From the sequence record PV764938.1: a stretch of 64,000 nucleotides of DNA. One strand, given 5' to 3'. Positions 18,601 to 27,683 of this stretch are shown in pieces. A program made the translations under genes and the position numbers. The notes below the pieces were generated by a model that was not told the DNA's origin, ran no database searches, and worked only from the letters and a program-made list of their open reading frames with translations. Each line of letters opens with the position of its first letter. Positions within the stretch are counted from its first letter, which is position 1.

Positions 18601-21600
18601 TCCTGGTAACCGAAGTTTGCACGAGCGCGATCCTTCAGGTTGCTGTTTTCGATGGACTCGATGTCGAAGAGACGACGGAAGTCATCGGCGGCCTTTTCGA
18701 AGTTCACAGTCAGCTTGTTACCGGTTACGAGGAAGCCAGGGGCTTCAACGCGACCCTTCCAGAACTTTGTCTTGAATCCCTGCAAACGCAAACGATTCTG
18801 ACGAATGTTGAATAGTGGCGAGTAAACGATGTCACCGAAGATCGTCGTATTGTTGACGACGATTACATGCTCGATTTCACTTACGTGGAGACGGCAAGCA
18901 AACATTTCCTGACCACTGCGGGTCTGGATAACAACTGAACCTGCATCACGAACAACGTTTGTGTTGTAGGCCTTGATTGGGTTACCCAGCTTGTCCAGGA
19001 TCGAGTAAACGCCGTTGACGATCTGTTCGATTGGCTCAACATTGCCGTGATCGGTTACGAACTTGATCTCCGCACTGTTTGGCATCAACGAGATCATGTC
19101 GCCTTCTTTGACATCAGCATCTTGTGCCCATGCGAGGAAGTCCTTGAGGCTCAGTCTCCAGTCGTTAACCGTGGTATCATCAACGCTTACGGAATCAAAC
19201 TTCCAACCACGCGAAACCAAGTAACGCTCGTAGCCGCTGATGAATGTTGCCATTTCCTGTGGTGTACGGATAAGCGAACCAAACGGAATACGCTCGACGA
19301 TTGTGTCGTTCTTTGCGTCTCGGTAATACTCAACAGCCGCCGCATCCGCATAAGCTGGACGAGCAACTTCTAGCCAATACTGAGGCTCAAAGCTACGCAG
19401 GCTAGTATGGGTTTTGATCGCACGGTAGAACTTGTCCAAGTAGCGAACCGTTGTGTTCGTCGGATAGTAAGTGTTCTGCTTCCAGTTAGGAATGCGAACA
19501 CGCGAACCTGCACCTGCTGTAACAGAGATTGCACGACCACCAACATCGCTTGGGATGATCTTGAATACTGGATCCAGGATGTCATAGCCGAAGATCTTCC
19601 AACCATTTGTGGCCTTGCGAACAAGAATACCACCAAGGAATTCTTCACGGATGCTTGGGCTCTTGTAGAGCTCAACAGCGACATCTTCTGGTGGCAAACG
19701 ATCGATGTTATCGGAGACCACGTAAAGGGAATCAGACTGTGTGAAACCAGCAACCTTGTATGCGAGCTTCACATCGAGACCACGAATGAGCTTACCAAGG
19801 TTCTCAGCGATATCCTTGTTCTTGCTCTTCAGGTAATCGACAACCCACTGCTGAGTACCATGACGATAAGCAACGGTGCCATCGAACAGAAGTTCCGAAT
19901 GAACGTATTCGTCAGCATAAGGGAAACCAAAGCCCTGATTCGCAACGAGATCCAAATTGCGTTCGATGTTCCATGTTGTTTCAACGAAACGTGGTGGCTT
20001 CATCAAGTAGCAAGCCTGAGCCAACGCAAACGGATACCAGAAGCTCTGCTTCCATGCGGATTCAGCCGGAGCACCATCACCCCATACCCATTCGTCAGAG
20101 GCCTTAACCGTACGAGGCGGAGTGTTTGTGATCTTTGCCTGTAGCGGATCCAACAGGTTACCCTGATCATCAACTGGGAGCCAGTTCAACAAGTTCGGCT
20201 TTGCGAAACGCGCATGTGTTCCCGCGTTTGGACCTTCAGCGATCTTGCCGGCCTGAATATCGCGCCACATCAAAACGTTACCGGAACCGTACGGAGCTAC
20301 GCCATAACGGGTTTCCCACCAGGATGGCTGGTATTCAAATCCAAGCATTTCCCACGGATGGGTGTGCGGACGATCCGTGCCATAGTAGAAGTTGTAGATG
20401 CCTCTCCAGTGTCCTGGGAGTGGCTGATTGTCACGGTCAACGCAAGAACGCCAGTTCCATGTGAATGGATCGTTTGCGTTGTAGGTGTCGTTGACTCGGT
20501 AATCGATGCCGAAGTTTACGGCCCACTTCTCGAACATTGGACGCAGAATTGTGTTCATTTCTGCATTCGAATATTCGGCGGAGTAGAACTTGTTGGAAAC
20601 AAGCGACTTGTGGTCGAAGAAGCCTTCTTCGCGCTCACGAACGAACACTGGTGCGCTGTAGTAGATACGGCTTTCAAGTTCCAGAGTTACGGCATCACGA
20701 ATGTCCGTGAAGGAACCATCTGGGTTGATTGTACCGTAGCAGGGGAACGAGCTACCATCGTGACCGATGATGAAGTCCTTGTTGAGCTCCTGGTCCTTAT
20801 ACGTGGACGGAACTTGGATCGGGTAGATGCCCAAGAAGCTCGGTGTCGGTGGGATGAATGTCGGAGCGGATGAACCCTCACGAGCAGCCATCTGGGAATA
20901 GTAGAACGGGAAGTCCTGCGTAAAGCCCTTCGCGATTTCTTCAAGTGCGAAATCAACCCATGCAGCCGGAGTTGCAGAGTTTCCGAGTCTGTTGGAGATC
21001 ATGAATTCTTTAATCTTCTGGTCAAACTTACCACGGAAGCGAGCGTACTCGTCCTGCGCATAAGCCGCAGACTTCACGAAGTCGATGTCTTTGTTGGAGT
21101 TCAACAGCATCGTACGAAGCAGCGGTGCAGTATGCGAAACAATGAATGTACCCTTGGACAGATCCTTCGGGATATCCTTCCAGTTATTGCTAGAGTATTC
21201 GAGACCTTCAAAGCCTTCTTGCGAACGAATCACACCAATGAATTGCTCGAAGAGATCACCACGGGTTGCGTAGGTGATTTGGTCCCACTTCGGGTTTGCT
21301 TCGAGGTTCAGAGGAATCTCATACTGACCCGTAGAGCTCAACGGCTTGTTTGCGGGGTTGAACGTTGCAACATCAACGCGGTCGCCATCCTCCAGATCTA
21401 CAAGGAGAACCTGGTTGTTACGACGAATGTAATCGACGCCCTGCTTCAGCTCAACATTGTTGCGCTTGACCTTGAGGTTCTGTGCGATTGGCTCAACTGG
21501 TTCCTGGCTTGCTGTGAACAAACGGTGACCGTTTGCTGCGACAAACTTGTCAACAACCATCTGGCGGCTCTGTTCAGCCACTGCATACCAATCGTTCGTC

Positions 21601-23363
21601 AAAATCTGCTTAGAACCGCTGCCGATCTTGTAAAAACGTTGTTCGGGCAGATCATAGGAATCAACACCGATACGGTAAGAACCCGTGTAGGTCGCCAAGT
21701 AGTTCTCGAATACGATCTCACCCTTGGAGTCATAAACTAGACGGATTCCGAGAACCGTATCCGTGACCGAGCTCAATGTGGAGTCTTCACGATAACCGAA
21801 GAGTCGGCAGCCCTGGAAGTTGCTGTTTGGATAGATACCAACGTCGTCGAATGCAACACCGTTTGCATCATACAAGTAGAACAGCGGGAACTGGTTAGCT
21901 GTGAGCTTGCGCTGAGCTGTCTGCCAGATTTCACCGTTCCAGTGCATGTTCATGCCACCCAACGATGTGCCGAAGAGAACGTCAACGGATTCACCAATCG
22001 TCGGAGCACCCGAAACATCAGCACCATCAGCAACGAGAGTTGCCTTCATCTTGCCGTTTGTTGGGTTGAAGCTTACACGATAAACGCGGTTTGTGATTCG
22101 AGAGTCATCGTCGTTGATGACAAGAACACGAATAACATCGTCGTCACCATTAGCGGAGATCCATTCGCGATTCAGGATTGTGCCGTCGATGCGCTTGGTC
22201 GAATTGACTTGTCCGTTGATTGCCGTGAGGAAATCGTTGACACTGTGGGAAACCAGATGAACAGCCTTAAGCTTGCTCGAACCGAAGTTGAACAGCTGAA
22301 TGTTGCGAACGAACTCGATAATCGGACGCTTTGCCTGTGCGTTCTTGAGGCTTTCCTTTGAGAAGTTCAGCACCAAGCTCTTGTGGAACCAACGGTTGCC
22401 AGTGGACCATGGGTTGCCATCAGAAGCGCCACGCTGAATGACGATGTGATCCTTCTTGAGACCCAAATCCGGAGCATCATCAGGAACCAATACGATTTCT
22501 TCACCAACACCTTCAACGATGAAGATCTTACCGAGGAGTGCCTGTTCCTTGTCGTTCTTAACGACGATTCGCAGATTCGACTCAAGCTTCACATCGTTCT
22601 CGAACGCAAATGTAGACTGACCGATGATATCCTGCAGAGAGGAAACCGCTGTGAAGACCTTAACGATTGTGTCCTTCGCAGGAGGCGGAGTCAGTGTTAC
22701 CTGCTTCGTGTTTGCATTGTAGGCGAACGGAACCTCGATACCATCGACGGTTACCGAGACTTGCGCCGCAAGCACAGGCGCCGGGTAGTTTGTGGTCAGA
22801 TTGAAGACGCGAACTGCGCCATCACCCACATACTTGGCAGCATGACCGCGAACCTCAACAGGAGTCGGGCCCTCAGGGATCCAGAAGTATTCACGGAAGT
22901 TCAAAAACTTATCGAGGTCAACACTTGGGCACCAGCTGAAGTAGTTCTGGGAGAACAAGCGGTGATGGTTGTTGACGAGACCACCTTGGAAACGAATGTT
23001 GTTGATGAGGTCTTCGTAGAAGAGCAACGCATTGTTATCGCCGTTCGAATCGATGGAGACCATGCTTGGTTCCAGCTGATAGAACGCACGTTCCTTGGTT
23101 TCTTCTTCCAAGTAATAGTTGGTATCTTCTTCCGAGTAACTGACTGGGCGGCCGATATAACCGTTCAGTGGCTTGCTCTGACCAGGTTCAAACAGGTGAT
23201 CCGCAGAAGCCGCGAAGAACTTCTGCAGAGTTTCCGTTTGGTTTACACCTGGGAGCAAGTTGACCACGTGGCGCTTATCAAAGTTTACTTTGTCCACGTT
23301 GGCGCCAGAGAAACGATACGAAGCGTTTAGTTGCTTACGATTATCGGGCAGCTTGTCTACCAT
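9696..23363 (-). CDS. Giant baseplate wedge protein (gp7-like), 4555 aa
   Basis: Uninterrupted 13.7-kb ORF directly after the gp6-like gene; many (N/G)xGxGY..APxV repeats like those in gp7 of T4-like marine phages. Confidence 0.75.
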   Translation of the reverse strand: MVDKLPDNRKQLNASYRFSGANVDKVNFDKRHVVNLLPGVNQTETLQKFFAASADHLFEPGQSKPLNGYIGRPVSYSEEDTNYYLEEETKERAFYQLEPSMVSIDSNGDNNALLFYEDLINNIRFQGGLVNNHHRLFSQNYFSWCPSVDLDKFLNFREYFWIPEGPTPVEVRGHAAKYVGDGAVRVFNLTTNYPAPVLAAQVSVTVDGIEVPFAYNANTKQVTLTPPPAKDTIVKVFTAVSSLQDIIGQSTFAFENDVKLESNLRIVVKNDKEQALLGKIFIVEGVGEEIVLVPDDAPDLGLKKDHIVIQRGASDGNPWSTGNRWFHKSLVLNFSKESLKNAQAKRPIIEFVRNIQLFNFGSSKLKAVHLVSHSVNDFLTAINGQVNSTKRIDGTILNREWISANGDDDVIRVLVINDDDSRITNRVYRVSFNPTNGKMKATLVADGADVSGAPTIGESVDVLFGTSLGGMNMHWNGEIWQTAQRKLTANQFPLFYLYDANGVAFDDVGIYPNSNFQGCRLFGYREDSTLSSVTDTVLGIRLVYDSKGEIVFENYLATYTGSYRIGVDSYDLPEQRFYKIGSGSKQILTNDWYAVAEQSRQMVVDKFVAANGHRLFTASQEPVEPIAQNLKVKRNNVELKQGVDYIRRNNQVLLVDLEDGDRVDVATFNPANKPLSSTGQYEIPLNLEANPKWDQITYATRGDLFEQFIGVIRSQEGFEGLEYSSNNWKDIPKDLSKGTFIVSHTAPLLRTMLLNSNKDIDFVKSAAYAQDEYARFRGKFDQKIKEFMISNRLGNSATPAAWVDFALEEIAKGFTQDFPFYYSQMAAREGSSAPTFIPPTPSFLGIYPIQVPSTYKDQELNKDFIIGHDGSSFPCYGTINPDGSFTDIRDAVTLELESRIYYSAPVFVREREEGFFDHKSLVSNKFYSAEYSNAEMNTILRPMFEKWAVNFGIDYRVNDTYNANDPFTWNWRSCVDRDNQPLPGHWRGIYNFYYGTDRPHTHPWEMLGFEYQPSWWETRYGVAPYGSGNVLMWRDIQAGKIAEGPNAGTHARFAKPNLLNWLPVDDQGNLLDPLQAKITNTPPRTVKASDEWVWGDGAPAESAWKQSFWYPFALAQACYLMKPPRFVETTWNIERNLDLVANQGFGFPYADEYVHSELLFDGTVAYRHGTQQWVVDYLKSKNKDIAENLGKLIRGLDVKLAYKVAGFTQSDSLYVVSDNIDRLPPEDVAVELYKSPSIREEFLGGILVRKATNGWKIFGYDILDPVFKIIPSDVGGRAISVTAGAGSRVRIPNWKQNTYYPTNTTVRYLDKFYRAIKTHTSLRSFEPQYWLEVARPAYADAAAVEYYRDAKNDTIVERIPFGSLIRTPQEMATFISGYERYLVSRGWKFDSVSVDDTTVNDWRLSLKDFLAWAQDADVKEGDMISLMPNSAEIKFVTDHGNVEPIEQIVNGVYSILDKLGNPIKAYNTNVVRDAGSVVIQTRSGQEMFACRLHVSEIEHVIVVNNTTIFGDIVYSPLFNIRQNRLRLQGFKTKFWKGRVEAPGFLVTGNKLTVNFEKAADDFRRLFDIESIENSNLKDRARANFGYQEKEYLSNLLMTPTNQFEFHQGVIQQKGTISAMRKLFRSKFVRHNDGLNVLEEWGFRIGEYGASEIRPSMDFLIKQGDFKNSPQMFQFNGSGQGGWDLRLAWDADHWDYLKNVETVRATYSINGIKKVKMTNVGAGYLEAPAVNVIGDTSGASLKAILNWKNSGIAELKVLKGGTGFFEGDVVEIDGTGFGAAARVTGVNFDSSKILSVYVIPQEGTTGAGSGYAVGQEIRFAGGNGNAKAVISEVTETGAITKLTLTSPGAGYEGVGDILFPNFNFTAAGRIGVKVSGGRATVITVSNPGSGYDPATSVRFTGTGTGAIVQVTVTGGSISGVEVLNRGGGFETAPQIEFVGGNPTTPATASVTLQDPPTNGIVELAKFKRVEGIILKSFTIKVLDEFNGVQPQLTIGDVDDNARYVGPVNLATRSSKTVILDDGQQISNAALEVAAYITNAQDSGNLEITFTFEFTPNYYTGLFVATEDDKATKIYDLFNNETGEFMHKDPRWVWRHSTQNPDWPLIDVKAKQKGNLPSAGYVHLDDVQWTATTMNNFNALYRRIQREEPSSAITNTVTIKYAESSTAPRKINIVPNLSQGMYRIKNFVVDIVEAFPLTQAGEAEVIVSIGTIAEPEKFMEKTSVQTDKLQTYTHQVFEYLTSKLNDENALYVFVTQATGLAIAPGQMTVTANLELVGEIVLPGDRTWVYDTGYGDWNVFRFGDTSANVNMTRPQSFSTQGTVVSTNVNMFDALGIDHNPQEPRPEIVSLNPTFETDIEQAEARMEKTILDGILPDNNTTEMLLNTYKAKFKNSAKIFIDASQTLRNNGNSLVQIPIMDLWADSGIVINKITASVVRPFTYPAGNNPTITIGTLTETDRFIGAVNSSTAFRSVKPAPGRPTFSYSSPITVNVYDDTIVLNEDDTAATVRLVRNGNVFVTPSAITVTNPGWGYAATSEPKITVLGPTGVKAKANIVGTIIGYAVTNPGTGYTSAPTITVIGGGGTGAKGTAVLDGEKLDAVVIPGAGTGTSATANLNAGGVGGISDLQGGSGWEMRPFVTFEGGNPTSHAAVKAEISNGVVTAVLIDYNGAGYASAPEVKFHAYTGDGYLTEPRVVVSGGGGQGATVEPIMLWTVRSITITDWGKCSWVGGESTITVETPNGGAPAQAILESTPETLEPTVMAQWRHRVIEPATAENVNEWVYESTPIEFPAPTGTNSPDFYVQSVQLPISSVDERTTYEVEFPEYVLDTTTGEPTTTKNVTNGVIGTSTRSLVTVHNTVAGSRDIDLKVAGTRTPFYLNERINSDNKMVAFYNSDGVSDGLLTLVVDYHYTSGFELFDADDNPVRTSITGSGGDIFAWNSVRFDNNEGPEDPLLIPVDDWKLGDRILLDDGRSTLERAVEWTAGERYEYHELITRDGVVYRAIQTGSGLEASIVPQDNDIKSLDRPVITDKGTLYTHEPTVTITGDGEDAAAYVMLAPTSVYKIKVMNPEANIGYTGTEKLLITPKNLSGKGAEARISKVENGAITEVIVLDAGWGYDAAPIVTVVNDASDTPVVFECVMKPARIKAIVMTNRGTNYTTATMSFTTHGVTTDAFVAQEWEVASEAVTGWRVLERMDSIDGAIWQEIRQETPKIDTHMVESAVIYDVNTSETLQTLQLYDPFKGFIPGSAKREISYILEYDPAIYSNGPLAKSINSNERLWDSAKVGDIWWDISTTRYLDYEIGETEYKWKNWGKLAPGITIDIYEWTRSTVAPAFWSAEVEKKRNVSVDSDEHKPTGTVKDINTNASWVERTEYNKELSRNETVYYFWVRNSATVPFREDRNLTAMQIATIIQDPTSADIPWFAIVDTNKVLVGGAKQYVNDYSTSLKIEWKKSANDGLVHKQYKLLRENDERNNIDESLWIKMRDSLVGWDNNTQRKTFVGSLTTELNSLSTSFTVDDATGFDPSGEVKIGDYWIQYEYLNGNTFVGLTGVGTLRFGVGSKVYQTRTVEAFRKVPDQWLNERERYGALSRPGQTWFKSDVDQYGFLIPGREARKAFVDTMNEIFASEAFLDTRYEWREIFESEEPQPDANSYAFEVVDEFERDQLSATGVVKAGQKVFMQGTPETNGLWTLWIYLPSDARASETGYVLFKAQRYRMREGEMWKAVDWYDPEWSINDFPVKRYATRQERDADKKLDTTLLRGTLVQVDTQGPTDPRWAWYVYKDGSWIQVAKEKATIRLNDNFYAKNMMVYGFNDYKVGSSKKRDGSWELQYLLTELRTKLLTSLERNKLFFSMVKTAVSQHNYTDWVFKTSFLYMAGYNEQLNQSPIVFKDQIDNILSYINDVKPYHVKVRDFVRRLSPPMEHMNLTITDFDKPLYYDETTQSWRKLDVKVPADELVLRTDPQMRHWYENYQKTNYTLENWDDKWNPVRRPQITMLFDRVSCSPIVGWSPPEVPWDGNEQRWVHGAYTKTFGELEDLYRIPGQEYQQLVVDSTTLRDQLVRDSQNAVNAGGQALINRGDIVNVKVGPDRDPAAYMWSGTEFVEFYNVRWDMNINGGLADRIERYYEPSATMKRKELDTLIRGCDFRGTVVDGADLGQGLWDMFAWDYQTGWANEYEYYVGRDLNINPNQSNWEDSNSVEDIRLEGGELVQPWFDGGHPDELVRLRVRDPLMMTVYRQATSQGDMPTTQPTAFRFFKDSIGAWEGVFLEEDGIALSAPLMPADQTMSVAIPGLFPLHDPANPNLAELQAKVALSIGVSFTDNNGNPKTLTVGDLKAKRPNNVSYEFKVDPAFSLSVGDLLKKSPNGKDLVLANASEIDTLAIGQVVSITSNEVEDNIRTIKFKYKPIGYVVEEQRILGIYRSLGIDALWQQPHPTEPGYTVAIADNVDITEALKARINDILSRYVDGVVWVGTERITYTGVVDNGDGTFTLTGLGRGTGGTSRMIDAPINTKVFDGSVLHALLTFNTTNMRAHSTMDFSKNWKTWWSAANVGKPGPTV

Positions 23364-26300
23364 TTACTTGATCCTCAAACTTGTTGGAGTATTCGAAGGA
23401 ATAATCTCCACATCATTAACGCTGACTGTTGGGAAGAACATTTCGTCCGGATTGCAACGCACTTCAAACAATTCACCAAAACCCTGCGATTCCTTCAGGG
23501 GAACGATTACAATCGATGAGATGGCCGTGACCAATTCCCTGTGAATGTAACCGGCGAGTTCTGTGAAGTAGAATGTTTCACCAAAGTCCCAGCTATTTAC
23601 ATCGAAGAAAGTTTGCACTGCCTGGATGATACGGCTCTTGATCTCACCATCGGAGACTGTCGTATTTGGCAGCTTAACCACTTTGAATTTCGCCTGTAGT
23701 TCGTTAGCAGCCGACTTTCCAAACAGCAATTTGTATTTGACTGGTCGCCAGCTGATTTGGTCGCTGAACATTTTGAACTCTTCGAGATCGCTGTAGGAGT
23801 TGCGAAGCTGGAGTTCACTTGTTGGCTCCGGAAGCAAGTTGATGTTGCTGCCATTGCGGTACCAAGTCTTCATCAGCGTGTCATATTCGCGTGTCAACAC
23901 AAATACGTCGATGATGTTGGAGATCGCCGGGTCAATACGATGGTCTACTGGAGCAAAATGCTTCCACTGGAACTTGAGGTTTGTTCGACCCTTATTTGCC
24001 GTATACTCGGACTGATCGTCAAGCGGAGCAATTTCCTTTGTGCGACCAATTACGGGAACCGCAGCAATACCCATGAGATTGCGGTAGAATGTACCGGTGC
24101 GCTGATCATCCTCATAGATGTAGATGATTTCATTCGGTTGCAATACCGGCAGAGTGTCACCGTAAGCGAACGACTTGATACCATCGACAATCTTGTAGCT
24201 GGAATAGCCGTAGGTGTCGGTGATACGCTTGTGGAATACCCACTCACCCTTGCCGGTGATATCGTTGAAACTTTCGGGGTTGTCAGGCTGACCATCGACA
24301 TCAGCGTCGTTGAACGTGATCTTCACACGACGTGGTTCCATATAACCGTCGTCGTAGTTGTAGGTGTTCTCAATGTCCCAGACAACGTCTTTGATAAGGC
24401 CGGGGCTTGCAGGGCGCCAGTACTCGATGAGCACAGCCTTCGGTGTGTCCGTGGTCAAATCCAAGTCTGCACGAGTTGTTTCAAACTTAATACCCGCGGT
24501 GTGATCCAAAACGCACTCGTAGTAGGTGACGACTTCTGCACCATTGTAAGTGTCCCAAACGCTGATAACATCGCCAACGAAGTAACGCTTTTGCGGAACC
24601 CAAACCTGTGCATTGATCACATATGGGCTTGTGTTGGAGCTCAAAATGTTCACGTGGTCGGTACCGACCTTACCCGTGTTTGGATCGATGCTGCGGTATT
24701 TGTTGATGAAGAAGAATTTCACGTCTTCTACGGACTCAAATACATAACGAAGACCGCGTGCCGTGATGCGCCAGTTCAACGGGCTGTACTCACACTTAAT
24801 GAGCCAAGAAGAATCGCTTGTGGATTCGCTTGTCTCGAAATCATAAGCACCGCTCAGGTTCATTTTAGCGGAGTCGATGAAGTACCACTTACGTTCAACA
24901 AAGTCCCAGCCCATACCAAATGTACGCTTAGCCGAGATCAACTGAGTCAGTGTTTCGTATTCGGCAACAGACAGTTCACGTCGAATAGTCGGAAGCAAAC
25001 GAATTACAGAATCGCCAGTCTCAACGACTTCATTCAAACGTACCGGACCTTCATTGGAATTCAGAAATGCTGCGCCAGTACCATCCACGTTGTTAACGGT
25101 GACCCAACCAGCCTTCTTGAACTTGACGAGTGCGCCCTGCGAGATGAACTTCTCAACGCTGGTATCCGAGGCATGTACGCCCAATACAATCGCCGCATTA
25201 TCCCATTCTTCATCACTGCTTGGGATGGTCGCAGTACGAGCAAAACGACCCGTAGACGAGTAGATGCTGTTGGAGCTCTGCTGCCAAATTACTGGAGTTC
25301 CAGAGAACGTAAAGTTGTAGGTACCATTACCAGTTTTTTCGAGCCAATCCTGGTACAAGAAGTCACGCATTTCAACGCTTTGGATTGCAGGAGTGATCTT
25401 GTTGGTGATCATGTCCTGGATCGAGAAGTTGCTGCTCAGCGGGATTTCATCGTATGAATAGTTCTCTTCACGGAAGATCGAGCCATCATCCGAAAACACG
25501 TTGGTGCTTTGGTATGTGCCGGTTGGATCGTTCAGATCGATGAAGCGAGAGTGACCCGAGTAAACGCGGTTGATGCTCTTGATCTTCAAGGCCAGGTTGT
25601 TGCTGGCTGGGAAATTGTTGTAGTCTTCACCCGAAACCATACGACCCTGTGTCGCATACATTCCGCTGGCACGGCGACGGATTTCATCGTTTGTTTCAGC
25701 TGGTGCTGCATTGATCACAGTCTCTTGGAGCGAGAAGCTCATCACAACAGTCTGTGTCTTTTGGTTCGAGGCCAAGTAAGGCAGCGAGATCGCTACGTTT
25801 CGCATGTCTTCGGGACGGATGTTCATCGTTGTTCCGGCGGATTGACGGAACCAAAAACGAATGTTGCCCATCGGAATTGTACCGAAGCGACCATCACCAA
25901 AACGCAGGCTTACGTTGTCGTTGTCACGGGTTACGACTTGGAAAATATCACGAACGTTTGTGTCCAAGCTGTTGTAGGAGATGTTCTCACCGCTCATGAC
26001 GATCTTTGTGATGTCGTCGGTCGGAACAAATCCAACACGAGTCCAATCGTTGTCAACGTCGCCGTTATCCTCGACTGTCTGTAGCCAAACGTCAATGTCG
26101 TTGATGTTGTTGACGTCGATATCGATGACACGGTTTTCAATTGGCTCAGTGATCTGAATATCACGACGTTGTAGCGAACCCTGCTTGAACAACAGGAAGA
26201 AGCCTGTGTCCTTGGAGTTGTTTCCGTTACCATCGTTACGATAGATCAAGTGGAAGCTGTTTTGTGGGTTTGGCGAACGCTCAAAGAATCCCTTTTGCGT

Positions 26301-26960
26301 CGAGAAGTCTACGTTGACGACGTCGAAGTTATAGTTGATACCACCGATGGAGCTCGTAAATGGAATGTTACCGCTTGTAAACGGAATATTCTCCATACGA
26401 TACAACTGAGTGTTGATACCACTGATACTTGCGGTCTTCAACGGAGTACCGAAGGGGTTGGTCGTGATCAGCGTTGCGTTCAATACGAGAATAAACTGTT
26501 CAAACCAATTGGGGTTGTTTGGATCGTCCCACAGAATAACCACGTTATTCAGGTTAGTACCCGAGGAGTCAACGATATCCTGGGATGCACGGATTTCCGT
26601 AAGCTTTACGAGACCACGCGCCGGATAGTTGCGTCGTGGGGCGTAAGAGAGCGATCGGGACAAGCGCAAGATGCTTTCGCGTGCGCGGGCAATCTCCAGG
26701 AAGTTTTCGCGTGCGTTGATGTCCATACGGAACGCCAACGACTGTCCCAGGTATGCCATCAAGTCCAACAGCGCGACAAATTCGGAAGATTCAATCCAGT
26801 CGTTGAAATCCTCCGGATAGTTGCGCTGAATGTAATCCTTCATGGATTCACGAATCGTGTCGAAGTCGAAAGCATTCAAGTTGACTTCGGAGAATGCCTT
26901 GTAAATGGCAGTCCAGTCCTGACCCGCAAATAGCTCGGATTGACGAATTGTTGAACTCAT
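23364..26960 (-). CDS. gp6: Baseplate wedge subunit gp6-like
   Basis: N-terminal DFDTIRESMKDYI..DFNDWIESSEFVALLDLMAY..ARENFL..ARESIL..LSY and GDGRFG motifs; follows gp25. Confidence 0.85.
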   Translation of the reverse strand: MSSTIRQSELFAGQDWTAIYKAFSEVNLNAFDFDTIRESMKDYIQRNYPEDFNDWIESSEFVALLDLMAYLGQSLAFRMDINARENFLEIARARESILRLSRSLSYAPRRNYPARGLVKLTEIRASQDIVDSSGTNLNNVVILWDDPNNPNWFEQFILVLNATLITTNPFGTPLKTASISGINTQLYRMENIPFTSGNIPFTSSIGGINYNFDVVNVDFSTQKGFFERSPNPQNSFHLIYRNDGNGNNSKDTGFFLLFKQGSLQRRDIQITEPIENRVIDIDVNNINDIDVWLQTVEDNGDVDNDWTRVGFVPTDDITKIVMSGENISYNSLDTNVRDIFQVVTRDNDNVSLRFGDGRFGTIPMGNIRFWFRQSAGTTMNIRPEDMRNVAISLPYLASNQKTQTVVMSFSLQETVINAAPAETNDEIRRRASGMYATQGRMVSGEDYNNFPASNNLALKIKSINRVYSGHSRFIDLNDPTGTYQSTNVFSDDGSIFREENYSYDEIPLSSNFSIQDMITNKITPAIQSVEMRDFLYQDWLEKTGNGTYNFTFSGTPVIWQQSSNSIYSSTGRFARTATIPSSDEEWDNAAIVLGVHASDTSVEKFISQGALVKFKKAGWVTVNNVDGTGAAFLNSNEGPVRLNEVVETGDSVIRLLPTIRRELSVAEYETLTQLISAKRTFGMGWDFVERKWYFIDSAKMNLSGAYDFETSESTSDSSWLIKCEYSPLNWRITARGLRYVFESVEDVKFFFINKYRSIDPNTGKVGTDHVNILSSNTSPYVINAQVWVPQKRYFVGDVISVWDTYNGAEVVTYYECVLDHTAGIKFETTRADLDLTTDTPKAVLIEYWRPASPGLIKDVVWDIENTYNYDDGYMEPRRVKITFNDADVDGQPDNPESFNDITGKGEWVFHKRITDTYGYSSYKIVDGIKSFAYGDTLPVLQPNEIIYIYEDDQRTGTFYRNLMGIAAVPVIGRTKEIAPLDDQSEYTANKGRTNLKFQWKHFAPVDHRIDPAISNIIDVFVLTREYDTLMKTWYRNGSNINLLPEPTSELQLRNSYSDLEEFKMFSDQISWRPVKYKLLFGKSAANELQAKFKVVKLPNTTVSDGEIKSRIIQAVQTFFDVNSWDFGETFYFTELAGYIHRELVTAISSIVIVPLKESQGFGELFEVRCNPDEMFFPTVSVNDVEIIPSNTPTSLRIK

Positions 26961-27355
26961 TAGCCGTTCATCCCTTCTCGAGTTCTCTTGTCGAACTCTA
27001 CGCTGAAATTCTCATATACGCCCCAAGGCTCAAAATAGAGGGTGAAGCTGATTACTAGACCTTGCTCCACCTCTTGAACATTTAGCGTTTCAATGCGAAC
27101 GCGACTGTCGGAATTGACTACGCGACGTGCTTCTTCAACGATAAGTTCGATGTTTGACTCTGTTAGCGGCTCAAATAGTAGGTCCCAAATCATGCAACCA
27201 TACGTGGGCATCATTACGCGCTCGCCGCGACTCGTATGGAAGTGATTAAGAATATCGCGCTTTACGAGATCCAAATCGTACAATGTCCAATTGCGAGTGG
27301 CCACATTGTTACCATTTGGAATGGTCGAAAAGCCCTTAAATAGATGGCGCGCCAT
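26960..27355 (-). CDS. gp25: Baseplate wedge gp25-like
   Basis: DLVKRDILNHFHTSRGERVMMPTYGCMIWDLLFEPL..DSRV, the GPW/gp25 signature. Confidence 0.92.
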   Translation of the reverse strand: MARHLFKGFSTIPNGNNVATRNWTLYDLDLVKRDILNHFHTSRGERVMMPTYGCMIWDLLFEPLTESNIELIVEEARRVVNSDSRVRIETLNVQEVEQGLVISFTLYFEPWGVYENFSVEFDKRTREGMNG

Positions 27356-27375
27356 AAAGTGTCTCCTATTTTACA

Positions 27376-27381
27376 TATTTA
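27376..27381 (-). promoter_or_regulatory. Late promoter (TAAATA)
   Basis: AATAAATA upstream of the gp25 RBS (AGGAG). Confidence 0.65.
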
Positions 27382-27422
27382 TTGGTGCATAAAATGCCCT
27401 GTTAACTATAAGGCTCAAAACG

Positions 27423-27680
27423 ATGAAAACAGATAAGGTACTTGATGAATTTAAGTCAAAGCGTGAGGTCATTCACGTCTCGGAATTCACTGATGAAATG
27501 CTTGAAGAAATAATGAATGCCGAGTGGGGCAAAGTCTCGGAAACGGGAACGCGAAAGCTCAGTGATGTGAAAATTGCTGATGCCCTTAACACACTTGATG
27601 TTGATCCCAAGAACACAGTCGGAACAGTTATCGAACCCGACAAGGAAATCGAATGGAAAGACGTTAAGGAAAAAGGTTGA
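27423..27680 (+). CDS. Hypothetical protein
   Basis: 85-aa acidic/basic ORF preceding the exonuclease. Confidence 0.6.
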   Translation: MKTDKVLDEFKSKREVIHVSEFTDEMLEEIMNAEWGKVSETGTRKLSDVKIADALNTLDVDPKNTVGTVIEPDKEIEWKDVKEKG

Positions 27681-27683
27681 TTT

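Noticed and set aside
9696-23363. Inteins or stop-codon recoding in the giant ORF
   Set aside because: No C/S...HN splice motifs or LAGLIDADG blocks noticed; genes are full length in the standard code and TAG is used as a stop (for example 58176).
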